A DNA stretch of 42,821 bases. It comes from Priapulus caudatus (lineage: Eukaryota). Both the position numbers and the translations under genes were made by a program. Location: assembly GCF_000485595.1 (NCBI RefSeq), contig NW_014577088.1, positions 689,688 through 732,508 on the forward strand, given 5' to 3'. The notes below the pieces were generated by a model. That model was not told where the DNA came from and made no database searches. It worked only from the letters and a program-made list of their open reading frames with translations. The number at the start of each line of letters is the position of its first letter. Position 1 is the stretch's first letter. Below, in pieces: positions 1 through 11,922 of this stretch.

Positions 1-49
<49 letters not shown>
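1..49. repeat. (AGAT)n microsatellite
   Basis: Direct reading. Confidence 0.95.
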
Positions 50-50
<1 letters not shown>

Positions 51-543
51 AGAGTGGGGGAAGAAACAGAGAGAGGGAGAGAGAAAATAACAGAAATGAG
101 GGCGGAGTAAAAATGAAAATACGGTGCAGATGATGTAATAAGAAACTCATTAACATAGTTAATGGGCACTTGATAATGAAGCGGAGTAGATGGACAAAGA
201 GATGCGAATGGTTGGAGAACAACAAAGAGACGAGACGTTTGCATGATAATTATACAGAAATGGCATGATGTTATGCAAATATCATACGTATTATAATATA
301 CGACAATCAAAACATCGCGTGGTACAGTTATGATATTGTTTTTTATATATAGGTTTGAAAATGTAATTAAAACAGATCGCAGACTAAAAATTGCAACGGA
401 TGGGTACCAATGATACGAAATATAGTGCGTGGAAATAACTATTCAAAAACAAAGTGCATCGTCCATGTAGCAACGACCGTGACACCGTCAAGAAAAACGA
501 TATATTACTTTTTTTGTAAAAGCTTCCTTTTTATTTTGTCTAG

Positions 544-1080
544 ACTGACAGCGGCCTGCCCACGGAGAGTCAGGTGATGTGGGGTGACGTGTTTCTCCTC
601 GTCTACAGCATCACTGATCGCGCCAGCTTCGCAAAGATTCCACGTCTCGTGCGCAGTGTACAACGGGCGCGAGCCCCTCATCGCGCACCAATCGTCATCG
701 TCGGCAACAAGCGAGACCTCGACCACCTCAGAGCCGTTAACGTCGACGACGCCCAACAGGTGGCGCTCGAGTACGGTTGTCAGTTCTACGAGGTGTCGGC
801 CGCCGAGAGCGGCGCTGGCGTCAGTCTAGCATTCCACACAGCGCTGCGGGAGGCCAGCGCGGGCGCACAGCGTAAACTCGACAGACACGTGCGCACGTCG
901 CGACCTGGAAACGGAAGCCTGGTGGCCGTGTCGAAGATTCTCGGTCACTTGTTCGCGAAACGAACGAGCGAGAAGATTTCCAGCAAGTCGAGATCGGCAA
1001 GTCTGGGCAGCGCTAAGAGCAGCAGCGCCACCGCTGCTATTGTGACGCAATGCGGTCGCGCCAAGTCGCTCTCCTTGTAA
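544..1080 (+). CDS. Terminal coding exon of a RERG/RASL11/RASL12-like Ras-family small GTPase
   Basis: Polypyrimidine tract plus tag acceptor at 541-543, then in-frame TDSGLPTESQVMWGDVFLLVYSITDRASF...IVIVGNKRDL (G4 NKxD)...FYEVSAAE (G5), stop TAA at 1078-1080. G1-G3 are absent, so upstream exons lie outside the window. The WxDxFLLVYSITD motif and lack of CAAX fit the RERG/RasL11 subfamily. Confidence 0.9.
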   Translation, partial: TDSGLPTESQVMWGDVFLLVYSITDRASFAKIPRLVRSVQRARAPHRAPIVIVGNKRDLDHLRAVNVDDAQQVALEYGCQFYEVSAAESGAGVSLAFHTALREASAGAQRKLDRHVRTSRPGNGSLVAVSKILGHLFAKRTSEKISSKSRSASLGSAKSSSATAAIVTQCGRAKSLSL

Positions 1081-1099
1081 CAGAGCATATAAATGAAAT

Positions 1100-1105
1100 A
1101 ATAAA
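1100..1105 (+). promoter_or_regulatory. Candidate polyadenylation signal AATAAA
   Basis: Hexamer 20 nt after the GTPase stop codon. Confidence 0.4.
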
Positions 1106-1165
1106 ATGAGATTTATATGCTCTGCTTGTAACCAAAGAGCATATAATATTATCAGGAGTGTCATA

Positions 1166-1170
1166 CTATA

Positions 1171-1226
<56 letters not shown>
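1166..1226. repeat. (TA)n microsatellite
   Basis: Direct reading. Confidence 0.95.
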
Positions 1227-1229
<3 letters not shown>

Positions 1230-1339
1230 ATTATCTATTAATATATATAAGCACATAATATGCTGCATGTGTTGTATACTGTTGTATAGGTTGTATGTGT
1301 TGTATTAGTTGTAATGAATTTATAATATATTTTTTCATG

Positions 1340-1550
1340 TTGTATATATGTTGTGTGTGTTGTATATGTTGTATAATAATACATACAACATACACGTTGT
1401 ATATGTTGTATATGTTGTGTATGTTGTATAATAATACATACAGCATACACGTTGTATATGTTGTGTATGTTGTATAATAATACATACAGCATACACGTTG
1501 TATTTGCTGTGTATGTTGTATATAATACATACGGCTTACACGTTGTACGT
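1340..1550. repeat. ~46-bp minisatellite built of gttgtatat-like subunits
   Basis: atacacgttg recurs at a 46-bp spacing (1445, 1491). Confidence 0.85.
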
Positions 1551-1571
1551 GTTCTTTTTCTTGTTATATTG

Positions 1572-1598
1572 CAGGGGCCCGTTGTCAGAAACATCGCA
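1572..1598 (+). mobile_element. Terminus of a GGGCCCG-ended (Harbinger-like) MITE running into a gap
   Basis: caggggcccgttgtcagaaac is shared with 5363 and nearly with 42600. Confidence 0.6.
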
Positions 1599-2249
1599 NN
1601 NNNNNNNNNNNNNNNNNNNNNNNNNNNNNNNNNNNNNNNNNNNNNNNNNNNNNNNNNNNNNNNNNNNNNNNNNNNNNNNNNNNNNNNNNNNNNNNNNNNN
1701 NNNNNNNNNNNNNNNNNNNNNNNNNNNNNNNNNNNNNNNNNNNNNNNNNNNNNNNNNNNNNNNNNNNNNNNNNNNNNNNNNNNNNNNNNNNNNNNNNNNN
1801 NNNNNNNNNNNNNNNNNNNNNNNNNNNNNNNNNNNNNNNNNNNNNNNNNNNNNNNNNNNNNNNNNNNNNNNNNNNNNNNNNNNNNNNNNNNNNNNNNNNN
1901 NNNNNNNNNNNNNNNNNNNNNNNNNNNNNNNNNNNNNNNNNNNNNNNNNNNNNNNNNNNNNNNNNNNNNNNNNNNNNNNNNNNNNNNNNNNNNNNNNNNN
2001 NNNNNNNNNNNNNNNNNNNNNNNNNNNNNNNNNNNNNNNNNNNNNNNNNNNNNNNNNNNNNNNNNNNNNNNNNNNNNNNNNNNNNNNNNNNNNNNNNNNN
2101 NNNNNNNNNNNNNNNNNNNNNNNNNNNNNNNNNNNNNNNNNNNNNNNNNNNNNNNNNNNNNNNNNNNNNNNNNNNNNNNNNNNNNNNNNNNNNNNNNNNN
2201 NNNNNNNNNNNNNNNNNNNNNNNNNNNNNNNNNNNNNNNNNNNNNNNNN
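1599..2249. other. Assembly gap (other gaps: 12689-12698, 18605-18750, 23428-23437, 34116-34125)
   Basis: N runs. Confidence 1.
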
Positions 2250-2307
<58 letters not shown>

Positions 2308-2332
2308 CTCTCTCTCTCTCTTTCTCTCTCTC
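2250..2332. repeat. (CT)n microsatellite
   Basis: Direct reading. Confidence 0.95.
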
Positions 2333-4399
2333 TGATACACTGTCATCAGCAACATCGTTAGCCGAACATGAAAAGCTCATCGTGACTATTCCGAAAAATT
2401 TCTGTTACTCGAACCTTTACTGAAGCAAATCAACTTTTGATAAAAAGAATGTCAACCTTTAACATTTCTCATACGCCGACATTTTATGGCAAATCTATAT
2501 ATAATTATATATCTATATATATATATATATATATAGAGAAAGAGATATATATATATAGTTTTATAACAACGTCTTGTTTTTTAATACTCGGGAACATCGA
2601 CGGACGTAGACATGTCCGTGCTTGGTTCAGACGAGTTAAATTAAACACATGTAGAGCATTTGCACTAGGACCACTGAGCACCTCTATATAAAACACTCAT
2701 GAAAACATTCAATGAATATAGCTAAGATGACATTATCTCGTATATACTCTCCGGATTTCATTTCTGGATGAACTGTAAACCCGCCTTAGAAAAAGTTATA
2801 TTATTATTTATCGTTATATTGAAATGAACCTCGTCTTAGTGCTAAGACAGCTTACGCGAGCCTCGAATAATTCATCAGTTCATACGACGCCGTTGTTACG
2901 ACCCTAGATCTATGTATATGTTTAATTCGACGGTTGAAACCCTCTGAGAAAGGCGCAACCATTAATTAGTAGACAGGCCATTATTCGTCGAGCAGTGCCG
3001 TGTGCTATATTTGTGCCACATCCGTATGCAACAGTTGTGAACCAGGCCATCCTGAGCGACCATTTTGCCGTCTCGACGAGTGCTAACCACTACTCTAAAA
3101 CCAATTTAGTTGTTGCAAATCTGCCAAGCTGGAGACATATTATGGGAAAGTGTAGGTCAGCTGAACTGAGCAATTGCGGTAATCCTAATGAACGTAGCAG
3201 ACGACGTAGTGGCAGGAATAATAATGGCAGTATGTAGAAATCGATTGTGAGGCGATCGAGTCCAAGTGTTAAAATTATCAGAGCGGTACATTTCAATACA
3301 AAAGCTAGTGTTGACAGACGAGATGAGGGTACACGCCAACGAGGCGAGGCGTGCGTTTTCTCAGAGCATTTGCGTTATTCTATTCAGTTTAAAATGCGCA
3401 AATTTTGCCGACGTGTCTCAAACAGGTAAACGAATGCGCTTCGAGCTAAGAAGCTAAGCTCTACTCCTCATCCAGCCCTAAGTGCTGTGCAATAAGATTG
3501 TCATCGATGATTCTGGAAAGTGCCGCATCACATCAGCCGACCAGGACTCGCCTGTATCTTGTGCTGCGTTCATTGAAGCGAAAATCAAATCATTCTCTCA
3601 TCGGGTAGGTAACTTCAAACAAGAAATCCGCGAGCAGTAGTTATTAAAGTTGATTCAGCTTAAGCAAGGAACTAAGCGACGTAGTGACACGCACAGATTT
3701 TGACGGAGTTGCCACGGGTACGTATATCACTTTGGGAGGGAGCCTGTACATCCGCAACAGCTCTACGAAGAAATTATGATATAATATACCGAAAATATGC
3801 GTAAACATTCCGCGAACAACTCAAAAACCATCGTTATTGTCAATTTTGAAGACAATGCTTACGTGAAATTAAGCATGAAATGTGCTAAGGTAATAAATAC
3901 AGCAGTTCAACTTTAAAATAGCAAGCAATAGATTGTTTTCTTTCATTGTGTGCCGATTCCCCAACATCCATATATAGCGCATGACGTCAAACCTTACACG
4001 AGGAAGTAAGTACGTAGCGTCGTGTGGTAAACAGCTGATATATATATAATATATATTGCTATGTAGCACGCAGTTGTAGAGCGCTGCGAGTATGTGAGAT
4101 GAAGTCTTCTCAACCTTTCTTTAAACTCTGTTGGTCTATAATTGAAACACAAATTCCCAACTATAACAACTACTCCAGAATTTTCTACGTGTGCTATATA
4201 TATACAGAGCAACGATTTACAAGGTGCGAAATTAACGTGGCCTACACGATCTTATGATTTATTAATTTTTGTCATTATGCCGATAAATTCCAATTTAAGT
4301 GTGATTTATTTATTATTATCGAGGTGCATGTTGTTAGTGTGACGCGCTCGCACTACTGTAGCGGGATAAACGCATGAAGGCAGTTATGACTAGTATGTA

Positions 4400-5077
4400 C
4401 GGTGTCGCATCGTATGGATCGCTTCGTATCGTGAAGCCTAGCGCACACACCCGAGCAAAACGGGAAATTTTGTTTTCCAGCGTTTCGCGTCCTGCTCGGC
4501 GAGCAAGCGCACACACGCCACCCGACACAGCACACAGCTGAGCAAAACATACAGAAACACTGCGTACAGCGCCGCTGTCACATGACATCAAAAATAGCCA
4601 TCCAGTGGACATCCAATTTTGTGTGTCATGTGATATTTTTAAGGATATTGATTGGAGACCGTCTGTGGCGTTTCGCTGTGTAGCAGAACGATTGACGCAC
4701 ACACCCGAGCAAAACGTACGCTCAGGCGAAAACACGTTCCGCGAATCAAACATTGCTTGTTCAGCGAAACACGCTTAGCTGAGCAATGTTTTTTGTTTCG
4801 GGAATCCGCACACAGCCACGAACATCGAGCGAAACACGTTTTGCTCCACGTTCAGGTGTTTTGCTCGGGTGTGTGCGCTAGGCTTTAACGTCCCACATAG
4901 CAAACGTCCCTACCTCTACATTGCGCATGGGCAAAAATATAATATGGTGAATTGCCGTGCCCATGCGCAGTGCGCTATGCGCCCTGCTAAATACGTACGC
5001 CCATGCCGATGCGCAATGAAAACATGGGGACGTTTGCTAACATGGGGACGTTAGAGAGAATAATTCATACGACACCG
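4400..5077. mobile_element. Small TIR element (CGGTGTCG...CGACACCG) whose left arm is interrupted by a nested MITE
   Basis: Left cggtgtcg..tatg / taacgtcccacatagcaaacgtccc pairs with right gggacgtttgctaacatggggacgtta...catacgacaccg. Confidence 0.6.
4435..4884. mobile_element. PIF/Harbinger-like MITE
   Basis: Perfect 27-bp TIR agcctagcgcacacacccgagcaaaac / gttttgctcgggtgtgtgcgctaggct; flanks tga/tta (TWA-like 3-bp TSD); internal copy of the TIR motif near 4697. Confidence 0.8.
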
Positions 5078-5119
5078 GGGCGGATGTTAATTTATTTTTA
5101 TTAATTATTTTATTGCTTT

Positions 5120-5300
5120 GCATTACATTATATTACATCACATTACATTGCATTACATTATAATACAATACATTACATAACATTACCAAGTCACTTTACA
5201 TTACGTTACATTACGTTACATTACATTACATTACGTTATATTACATTACATTACATTACGTTACATTACATAACATTACATTACATTACATTACATTATA
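5120..5300. repeat. (TTACA)n microsatellite
   Basis: Direct reading. Confidence 0.9.
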
Positions 5301-5362
5301 ATGCAATGTTAATGGCGCGGATGTTAATTAGCTGTAGCCATCAGTTAACAGTGTAAAACGAC

Positions 5363-5435
5363 CAGGGGCCCGTTGTCAGAAACAAAATTAGTCTTAACAT
5401 GAAGCAAGATTAATTTCCTTTCTGACAAAAGGCTC
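5363..5435. mobile_element. ~70-bp internally deleted Harbinger-like MITE (both TIRs only)
   Basis: gggcccgttgtcagaaacaaaattagtctt pairs imperfectly with aagattaatttcctttctgacaaaaggctc. Confidence 0.65.
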
Positions 5436-6107
5436 AATGGTTGTACGAAGGGATATACTAGTAGTTGTAATTAGGGTGTAAGTCAGGAGAGTTTCGGTTG
5501 TTGCATCAGTTAGATGGACGTTCAGAGGCTCAGGTGACGACCTGTAACTCACACTCTTCTCTTCATGTCTGTCTGCGCAGGCAATTATCCCGCCTCGTTA
5601 ACGTGCACCCTAGCTCTCCATGCACTAGTTGCTTTTTGCATTTGCTATTTGCATTTTTTTTCAAATGCATTTGCATTTGCTTTTTGCTATTTGCTTTTGC
5701 ACAAATGAATAGATTTGCTGTTTTAACTCTGAGCCCTCCAGCCACTCCCGCTATGTTATCTGTGCGGTGGCAAAGTAAAACTGACTCCGGTCAATGATAG
5801 TTTTCAAAATGATAATACCCCTTTCTAATCTAATAGGCGCGTATCGACGTAATACTATTGCAGGAATGCGTTACGGTTAACAAGATAAAATTAGCGCAAC
5901 AAGATGTTTTCCCGGGAGATCGGTGGGTTGGGACAATTTTTAGTTCAAATGGGGGATAGGTTACCGTCATAGGTTCTTATCCACGACAATCGGATACCGG
6001 AAAATTGTATCTGTGTATAGCCATAGTAACAAGTTAACATACACGCTATGAACGAACAGCTACAGACGTAATAATAAAGCACTTTGGCAGTTCTCTGATG
6101 AGTGAGA

Positions 6108-6576
6108 TGAACGAATGGATGGATAATGGATGGATGGATGGATGGATGGATGGATGGATGGATGGATGGATGGATGGATGGATGAATGGTTGGATGGATG
6201 GATGGATGGATGGATGGATGGATGGATGGATGGATGAATGGTTGGATGGATGGATGGATGGATGGATGGATGAATGGATGGATGAATGGATGGATAGATG
6301 GATAGATGGATGGATGGATGGATGGATGGATGGATGGATGGATGGATGGATGGATGGATGGATGAATGGATGGATGGATGGATGGATGGATGGATGGATG
6401 GATGGATGGATGGATGGATGGATGGATGGGTGGATTGATTGATTGATTTGATTGTTTGATTGATGGATAGCTAAAATGATGGATGAATGCATGCATGGAA
6501 AGAGAGAGAGAGGGGTGAGAGAGAGACAGAGAGAGAGAGAGAGAGACAGAGAGAGAGAGAGGAGGGTGAGAGAGAG
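6108..6576. repeat. (GGAT)n followed by (GA)n microsatellites
   Basis: Direct reading. Confidence 0.95.
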
Positions 6577-6919
6577 CAATCACCTCTTACCATATCAGCA
6601 ATCTTGTGGCAACAAAGCAATTTAAGATCATCAGTATATATATATAGCCATATAACACCACGAGAATGTTTCTATACACATCTAGTCTTTTATTGCAGTT
6701 TTACGATCGTTTTACGATGCATTTGGCAACTGCATGTATTTCAGCACGAACGTTCGCACGACCGACAAGGCCTCTTGCTGATCTAACAAACAACCTGTGC
6801 AGATACTAGTCTCTATGAAGGATCACCATTTTTTTTATTGCCATAAAACAGTTACAATTGTAGACATAACATTGCATTTGACATTTCCAGTATACAATAC
6901 AAAACAAACTTATTTATAG

Positions 6920-7063
6920 CAGGGATCGAATTTTACGACGGAAACTGACTGCATTTGCCGCCGGAACATATTGATTTGCCGTCAGAGGTATTCTGTATCG
7001 GCGGCAAGAAAATGCCGTCGTAGCACTTAGTACCTAAATGCCGTCAGATGTATAATTTAATGA
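6920..7063 (+). mobile_element. Possible truncated hAT-like element end (cagggatcgaattt, repeated tgccgtc motifs)
   Basis: CAGGG start with subterminal tgccgYc repeats; no matching right end found. Confidence 0.35.
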
Positions 7064-7950
7064 CGTGGATATTCTAAATATACACGCAAGTACAAACAGT
7101 CACCCTACTCCTATCCCTAATCCTAACCCTAACACTAACACTAACTCTAAACCGACTCGGCTATCTTGTATACACGTGTCATAGCACCAAAATTAATCTA
7201 TGGTGTATAACCTTTCGTAGTGATGCGCAACAATGCTCGGACGAATAGCGCCACCAAACTATTATCCGATGCTCGGACGAATATCCACGTATATATATAT
7301 CGTGGATATTCCAGGCTTTCCAGCAGTCCTTGACAACATTTTAGGGCTAATTTTAGGGCTAATTTTAGGGAGAAATTCAGGTTTTGTTAGGGCTATTTTA
7401 GGAATTTTTAAGGATGAATCGAAACCTCTTAGGGATAAAATCAGTCACTTACCTTTCATAAACAACAACGTGTTAACTTACAGATACAGTTCTATGTGGT
7501 ATGTGTCCAGTCTACCAGCTATTCTCATCCTCCAAGTCCTCGATACGACTGTACATCATCAAGTTTCATGCAAATTAGGCATGTCTTGTACATCCAGCCA
7601 GGAACAGGGTCGTATAATCAGAAACTGAAGCTTAGGAATCACTGGTAGACGGAGTCACAATACTCTCTCTGTATAAAGATAACTAGAAAACATCCATGAT
7701 TAGACATAATTACAAACCAAAAATTCATCATCTCATCACGAATTTTTTTTTTGGAATTTAAATACAATTTTAGCCCTTTTTTTTAGGAATTTCATACATT
7801 TTTTAAGTCTTTTTAGGAATTTTAGGACGAGCTCAAAATTTTAGGAATTTTTAGGAATTTTAGGGCCGCTGGAAAGCCTGATATTCGTCCGAGCATCGGA
7901 TACTTATATACACAAAATATACACACAAGTACAAACAGTCACCCTATCCC
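7064..7950 (+). mobile_element. Two head-to-tail copies of a short TIR element with an internal telomere-like (CCTAAC) tract
   Basis: Copy 1 at 7064-7289 (cgtggatattc...gaatatccacg), then a TA run, copy 2 from 7301. aatatacacRcaagtacaaacagtcacccta occurs at ~7077 and ~7916. Confidence 0.6.
7312..7880. mobile_element. Non-autonomous hAT-like element with 6-bp TSD
   Basis: TIR caggctttccagc / gctggaaagcctg; TSD atattc at 7306-7311 and 7881-7886; subterminal ttttagg repeats. Confidence 0.8.
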
Positions 7951-7989
7951 ACGGAATAGTAATAATCACCACGGTTCAGTGTGATTTTA

Positions 7990-10900
7990 CTACTAGTATT
8001 TTGTATATATTCTTCATATGTTTTCAATGTTTGTCGATTACTAAGTCACTGTGCAATTTAAACCAGAAACCTGTGTATGCTGCTGAGTCAGTCCCCACTA
8101 CTGTGCAATTTAAATCAATATTTCTATGACAGATAGTCTTCAATTGTTAGATTAAATAAGGTCTCTATTCCCTCTGTACAGAAGGTACAGATGTCAGAAT
8201 TTAAGTATCCAGTTACAAAAAAAAACTATTTGTAGCCAGGATTCTGTTTACGATTCTGTACCACCTATATTTGGTGTCTGTAGTTGCACAGAATACAATT
8301 TGATTAACTGTATTCCACTCAATGGATCCTGGATTTAATTGTAAACAAGTATTCCACTTGATGGAGGACTTTTGAACAGGGGTATTTTTGGAAATTAATG
8401 TATCATAAATTGCTCCGCAACCTTTTCTATATTTGGTAACAATTAAAAAACGGTTTGGTATAAAAGGCAAAATAAATTCAGGATGCGAGGTAGTGGGCCA
8501 TTCAGTTTTGCATTTTGTATGGTATTTTTTGACAGAACTAATTATCCCAAAATATTCAATAAAAGAAACGTTAAAGTTGAATTTCTTTTGAAATTTTGTG
8601 AGAGAGAAATTTTTCCGAACCGAGCATTAGGTCATTGATATACTTGATATTTCTGTTTTTCCAATGTTGATAGTTTACAGGCAGACCGCTGACTAAAATA
8701 TTGTCATTATTCCATATATATTCCTTTTTAAAATACAGCAAATTATTTGGATAGTTATTATGTACAAATGATGCCCATGCCTGAAACACGTCTCTCCAGA
8801 ACAGATTAGGTATTCTATTAGCTAGACTCTACAGTCTCTTACTGCCGTAGAGTAAAACATCAGTATTGTTGTTTGGTAGGTTAGCATGTAACAATTTTTC
8901 CAGGATATTATTTTTCAACAATAGTCTTCGAATAGTAGTGGTCTGCATTGCATGTAAAAAATATTGAATATTTATCATTCGAATGCCTCCATTGATATAA
9001 TCTTGAACTATTTGGTCTCTATTTATTTTTCCTCTATCAAATTTCCACAGAAACTTAAAGCAAATTTGATTGAACTGTTTAATAACGTCCTGGCTGGGGT
9101 TTGGTAATGTAACAAACTGATAGGTTAATTTTGGAGCAACTACAGATTTTAAAATGTAGAGTCTGCCGAGAACTGTGAGAGGCCGGTTTTGCCAAGCAGA
9201 TAGAAGATGGGTAATTTCTCGAATTTTATCTTTGTAATTTAATCTGACCATGTCATCTATATCTACTGAAAAGACAATATTTAGAGCCGTGAATGAGCCT
9301 AACGACCAGTCCAAGTTCCATTCGCAACAGATTCGTTTTTGACTATGTTTATTCAAGCCACTCCAGATTGCTTTTGTTTTATCTGTATTTATTTTTAAAC
9401 CGGATAGTGATGAAAAATATTTTAGTGTCTTTAGAGTTCCATCTAGACTCGCTTCACTATCATCCAATAGAAATGTACTATCGTCTGCATACTGCATGGG
9501 AGATTACATGCTCAAAACCATCTATTTTAATGCCTTTGATATTCTTATTGTTGTTTATTAAAATAGCTAAAACTTCAACACATAAAATAAATATATATGG
9601 CGACAGAGGGTCCCCTTGACTACAGCCGCAACTAATTTTAAAGAAAGACGATGGAAATCCATTTACTATCATGCAGGACTGGATATCAGCGTAAAAAGGC
9701 CATTCCAAAATTCCAGCGTAAAAATTCCAATAAATTATCGAAGGACCAAAACCGAAGTATTTTAAAGTTTTTTTGTACAAAAGTCCATTCTATAAAGACA
9801 AAGGCTTTTTCAAAATCCACCAGCAAGAGAAGTCCCGTTATATCATGGTCATCGGTGTATTTCATAACATCATATATTGTTCTAATATTGTCACTTATAT
9901 ATCAACCCGACATAAAACCGTTTTGCTCATCACTGATAATGTTGGGTAAAATTGCTTTTATTCTGTCCGCTATGCAAGCCGAGGCTATTAAATTTTTTAT
10001 ATGTTGTATTAAGAAGAGAGATTGGTCGCCAATTTTTCAGTTTTTGTTTATCTTTATCTTTTTTTGGTATACAGGTAGTTACACCTTGTTTTTGTGTTAT
10101 TGACAAATTTCCAGATTCATAGCCATGATTTAAAGATCTAAGAAAAAAAGGAACCCAGATATTTCCAAAAAAATTTAAATTATTTTGCAGTAAAACCATC
10201 TGATTCTGGGCTTTTGTCATTTTGCATCTTTTTAAGGCTTTTGAGTACTTCAGCTTTAGTAAGACTACCTTCAAGTTGACTACTATCTCTTTGTGTTAGC
10301 TTTAGAACATGAAACTGTGACATTTTTGTGTCCACATCTTGAACATCTCTTGATGAATATAGATTTTTATAAAACAGTTCTTTTAATAGTTCTAATAATT
10401 CTTAAAATAGTTTCTTTTAGAATGTTACTTTGATCTGTTAATATTTTATCTTCGTCAGTAGAAATTTTGGAAATATATTTATCTAAAAAATGTTTCTTCT
10501 CGAGGTTAATGAAGTACTTAGTTGGTTTTTCACCTTCCATTATCCATTGAGCTTTGCTTCTAATATAGTTACCCTAAAGTTTTAAATTTCTCAAATCCTG
10601 TAATTTCTGTTTTTCCTCGTTTAGACTGTTAATAATTTCTTTTGTACTGTTGCTTGAAAGGCTTTCTTCCATTTGTTGAATGCTTTGGAGAAGGGTGTTT
10701 TCAGTATTTAACTGCTCTTTATTTATATGACGAGTAGGATATGGTTTTACCGCGAATGTTTATTAGCAAAGTTTCCAGAAATAACTGATCAGAGATTGTG
10801 AACTGTATTACCTCCGTTGTTTGTTTAACATACACTGGATCACCTAGCTAATAAACTGTTGTTAAATTTCCAGAAACCTTTTTCTCTCTCAATGTTTTCA

Positions 10901-11608
10901 AGTTTAATATCAATACTTATTAGTGAGTGGTCAGTTCTATAGCCGGGCTCAATCGTAGAGTCTATTACTGATATTGCGAAGTCATGGGACATAAGAAAAA
11001 AATCCAGACGAGCTTGCTTTAATGGGTTTGTTTTTCTCCAAGTATAGCGCCGGCATTCAGGATATAATTCTCTCCATGGGTCTACCAAGTTTAAATCGCT
11101 CATCATTTGGAGAACATATTTTCTTGCCTGAGGATTGTTTATATGTTTATAATTACAATAATCTAATTCAAGATTTTGAACAAGATTCCAGTCCCCACAG
11201 ATAATACATGGATTATTGAAATAATCTATTAAAGTTTGTATATCTCTTCAAAAAATTTAGGGTCATCAGAATTTGGGGCATAAAGCGAAACTAATGTGTG
11301 TTTTTTGTTCAATTTCCACTTCCAAAGCAAAATAATTGCTTGCCTCATGTATCTTGAACTAAAAATTATTATTGAACAGAATTACTGTGCCACGTGAATT
11401 ACTTGTATATGGGCATATAAAAACTGCATAACCCCATTCCGACCGACCATTCCATTACATATTTGGCTCTCCATATTGGCTGTAAAGTGGGTGTCTTGTA
11501 AACAATAAATAGAAAACTGTTTTTTACGGAGCTAGTTAAAACATCATAACGCTTCCTTTTATCCCCTAGACCCCAACAGTTAACCGAGGCAATTTTAACG
11601 TTACTCAA
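7990..11608 (-). pseudogene. L1/Tx1 ORF2 (APE endonuclease, reverse transcriptase, C-terminal Cys-rich region), heavily frameshifted
   Basis: EN motifs SVNCWGL, ICGDWN, YTW, RLDFFL, TDHSL, FWKFNNSLL. RT motifs KNWRPISLLN, GCSQGDPLSPYIF, QYADD, SGLKINTDKT. C-terminal RILATN...CTFC. Confidence 0.95.
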
Positions 11609-11707
11609 GTGTCATTTTGCCTGAAAAAATGTCTACATAGGCATGTGGGTCTCCCAGTATATTTACCTGTAACATGCGGACGGCAAGGATCAGTTCACGA
11701 GAAGGAT

Positions 11708-11850
11708 CACAGGCACTTGAAGCGTTTCAATAAAATATAATGCTAACTAAATACGAAATCTATTTACTACCAAATTCTTAATGTTTCTATACTCTCTTTC
11801 ACCTATTATTGCCGGCAGTTTCCTGTCAATTCCGTCCAAATCCTACGTGC
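11708..11850 (+). mobile_element. One arm of the MITE family seen intact at 41571-41982
   Basis: cacaggcacttgaagcgtttcaat...atttactaccaaattcttaatgtttctatactctc matches the arms of the 41571 element. Confidence 0.7.
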
Positions 11851-11922
11851 AATCATACACGCTGCCGGCGCCATTGCTCTCGCGGCTCCACTGTTGCACG
11901 CTTACACTAATATATATAGTAT

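Noticed and set aside
574..579. ORF-track start for the GTPase
   Set aside because: G1-G3 are missing and a good in-frame splice acceptor lies at 543, so this is an internal codon of an exon.
3090..3296. Vague resemblance of LDRLTIDF...LRRLLRS to a Harbinger transposase N-terminus
   Set aside because: No DDE motifs; the similarity is too weak.
5945..6583. HPSI/MDGW repeat ORFs (likewise the CV/HT ORFs at 38366-39468)
   Set aside because: Translations of microsatellites.
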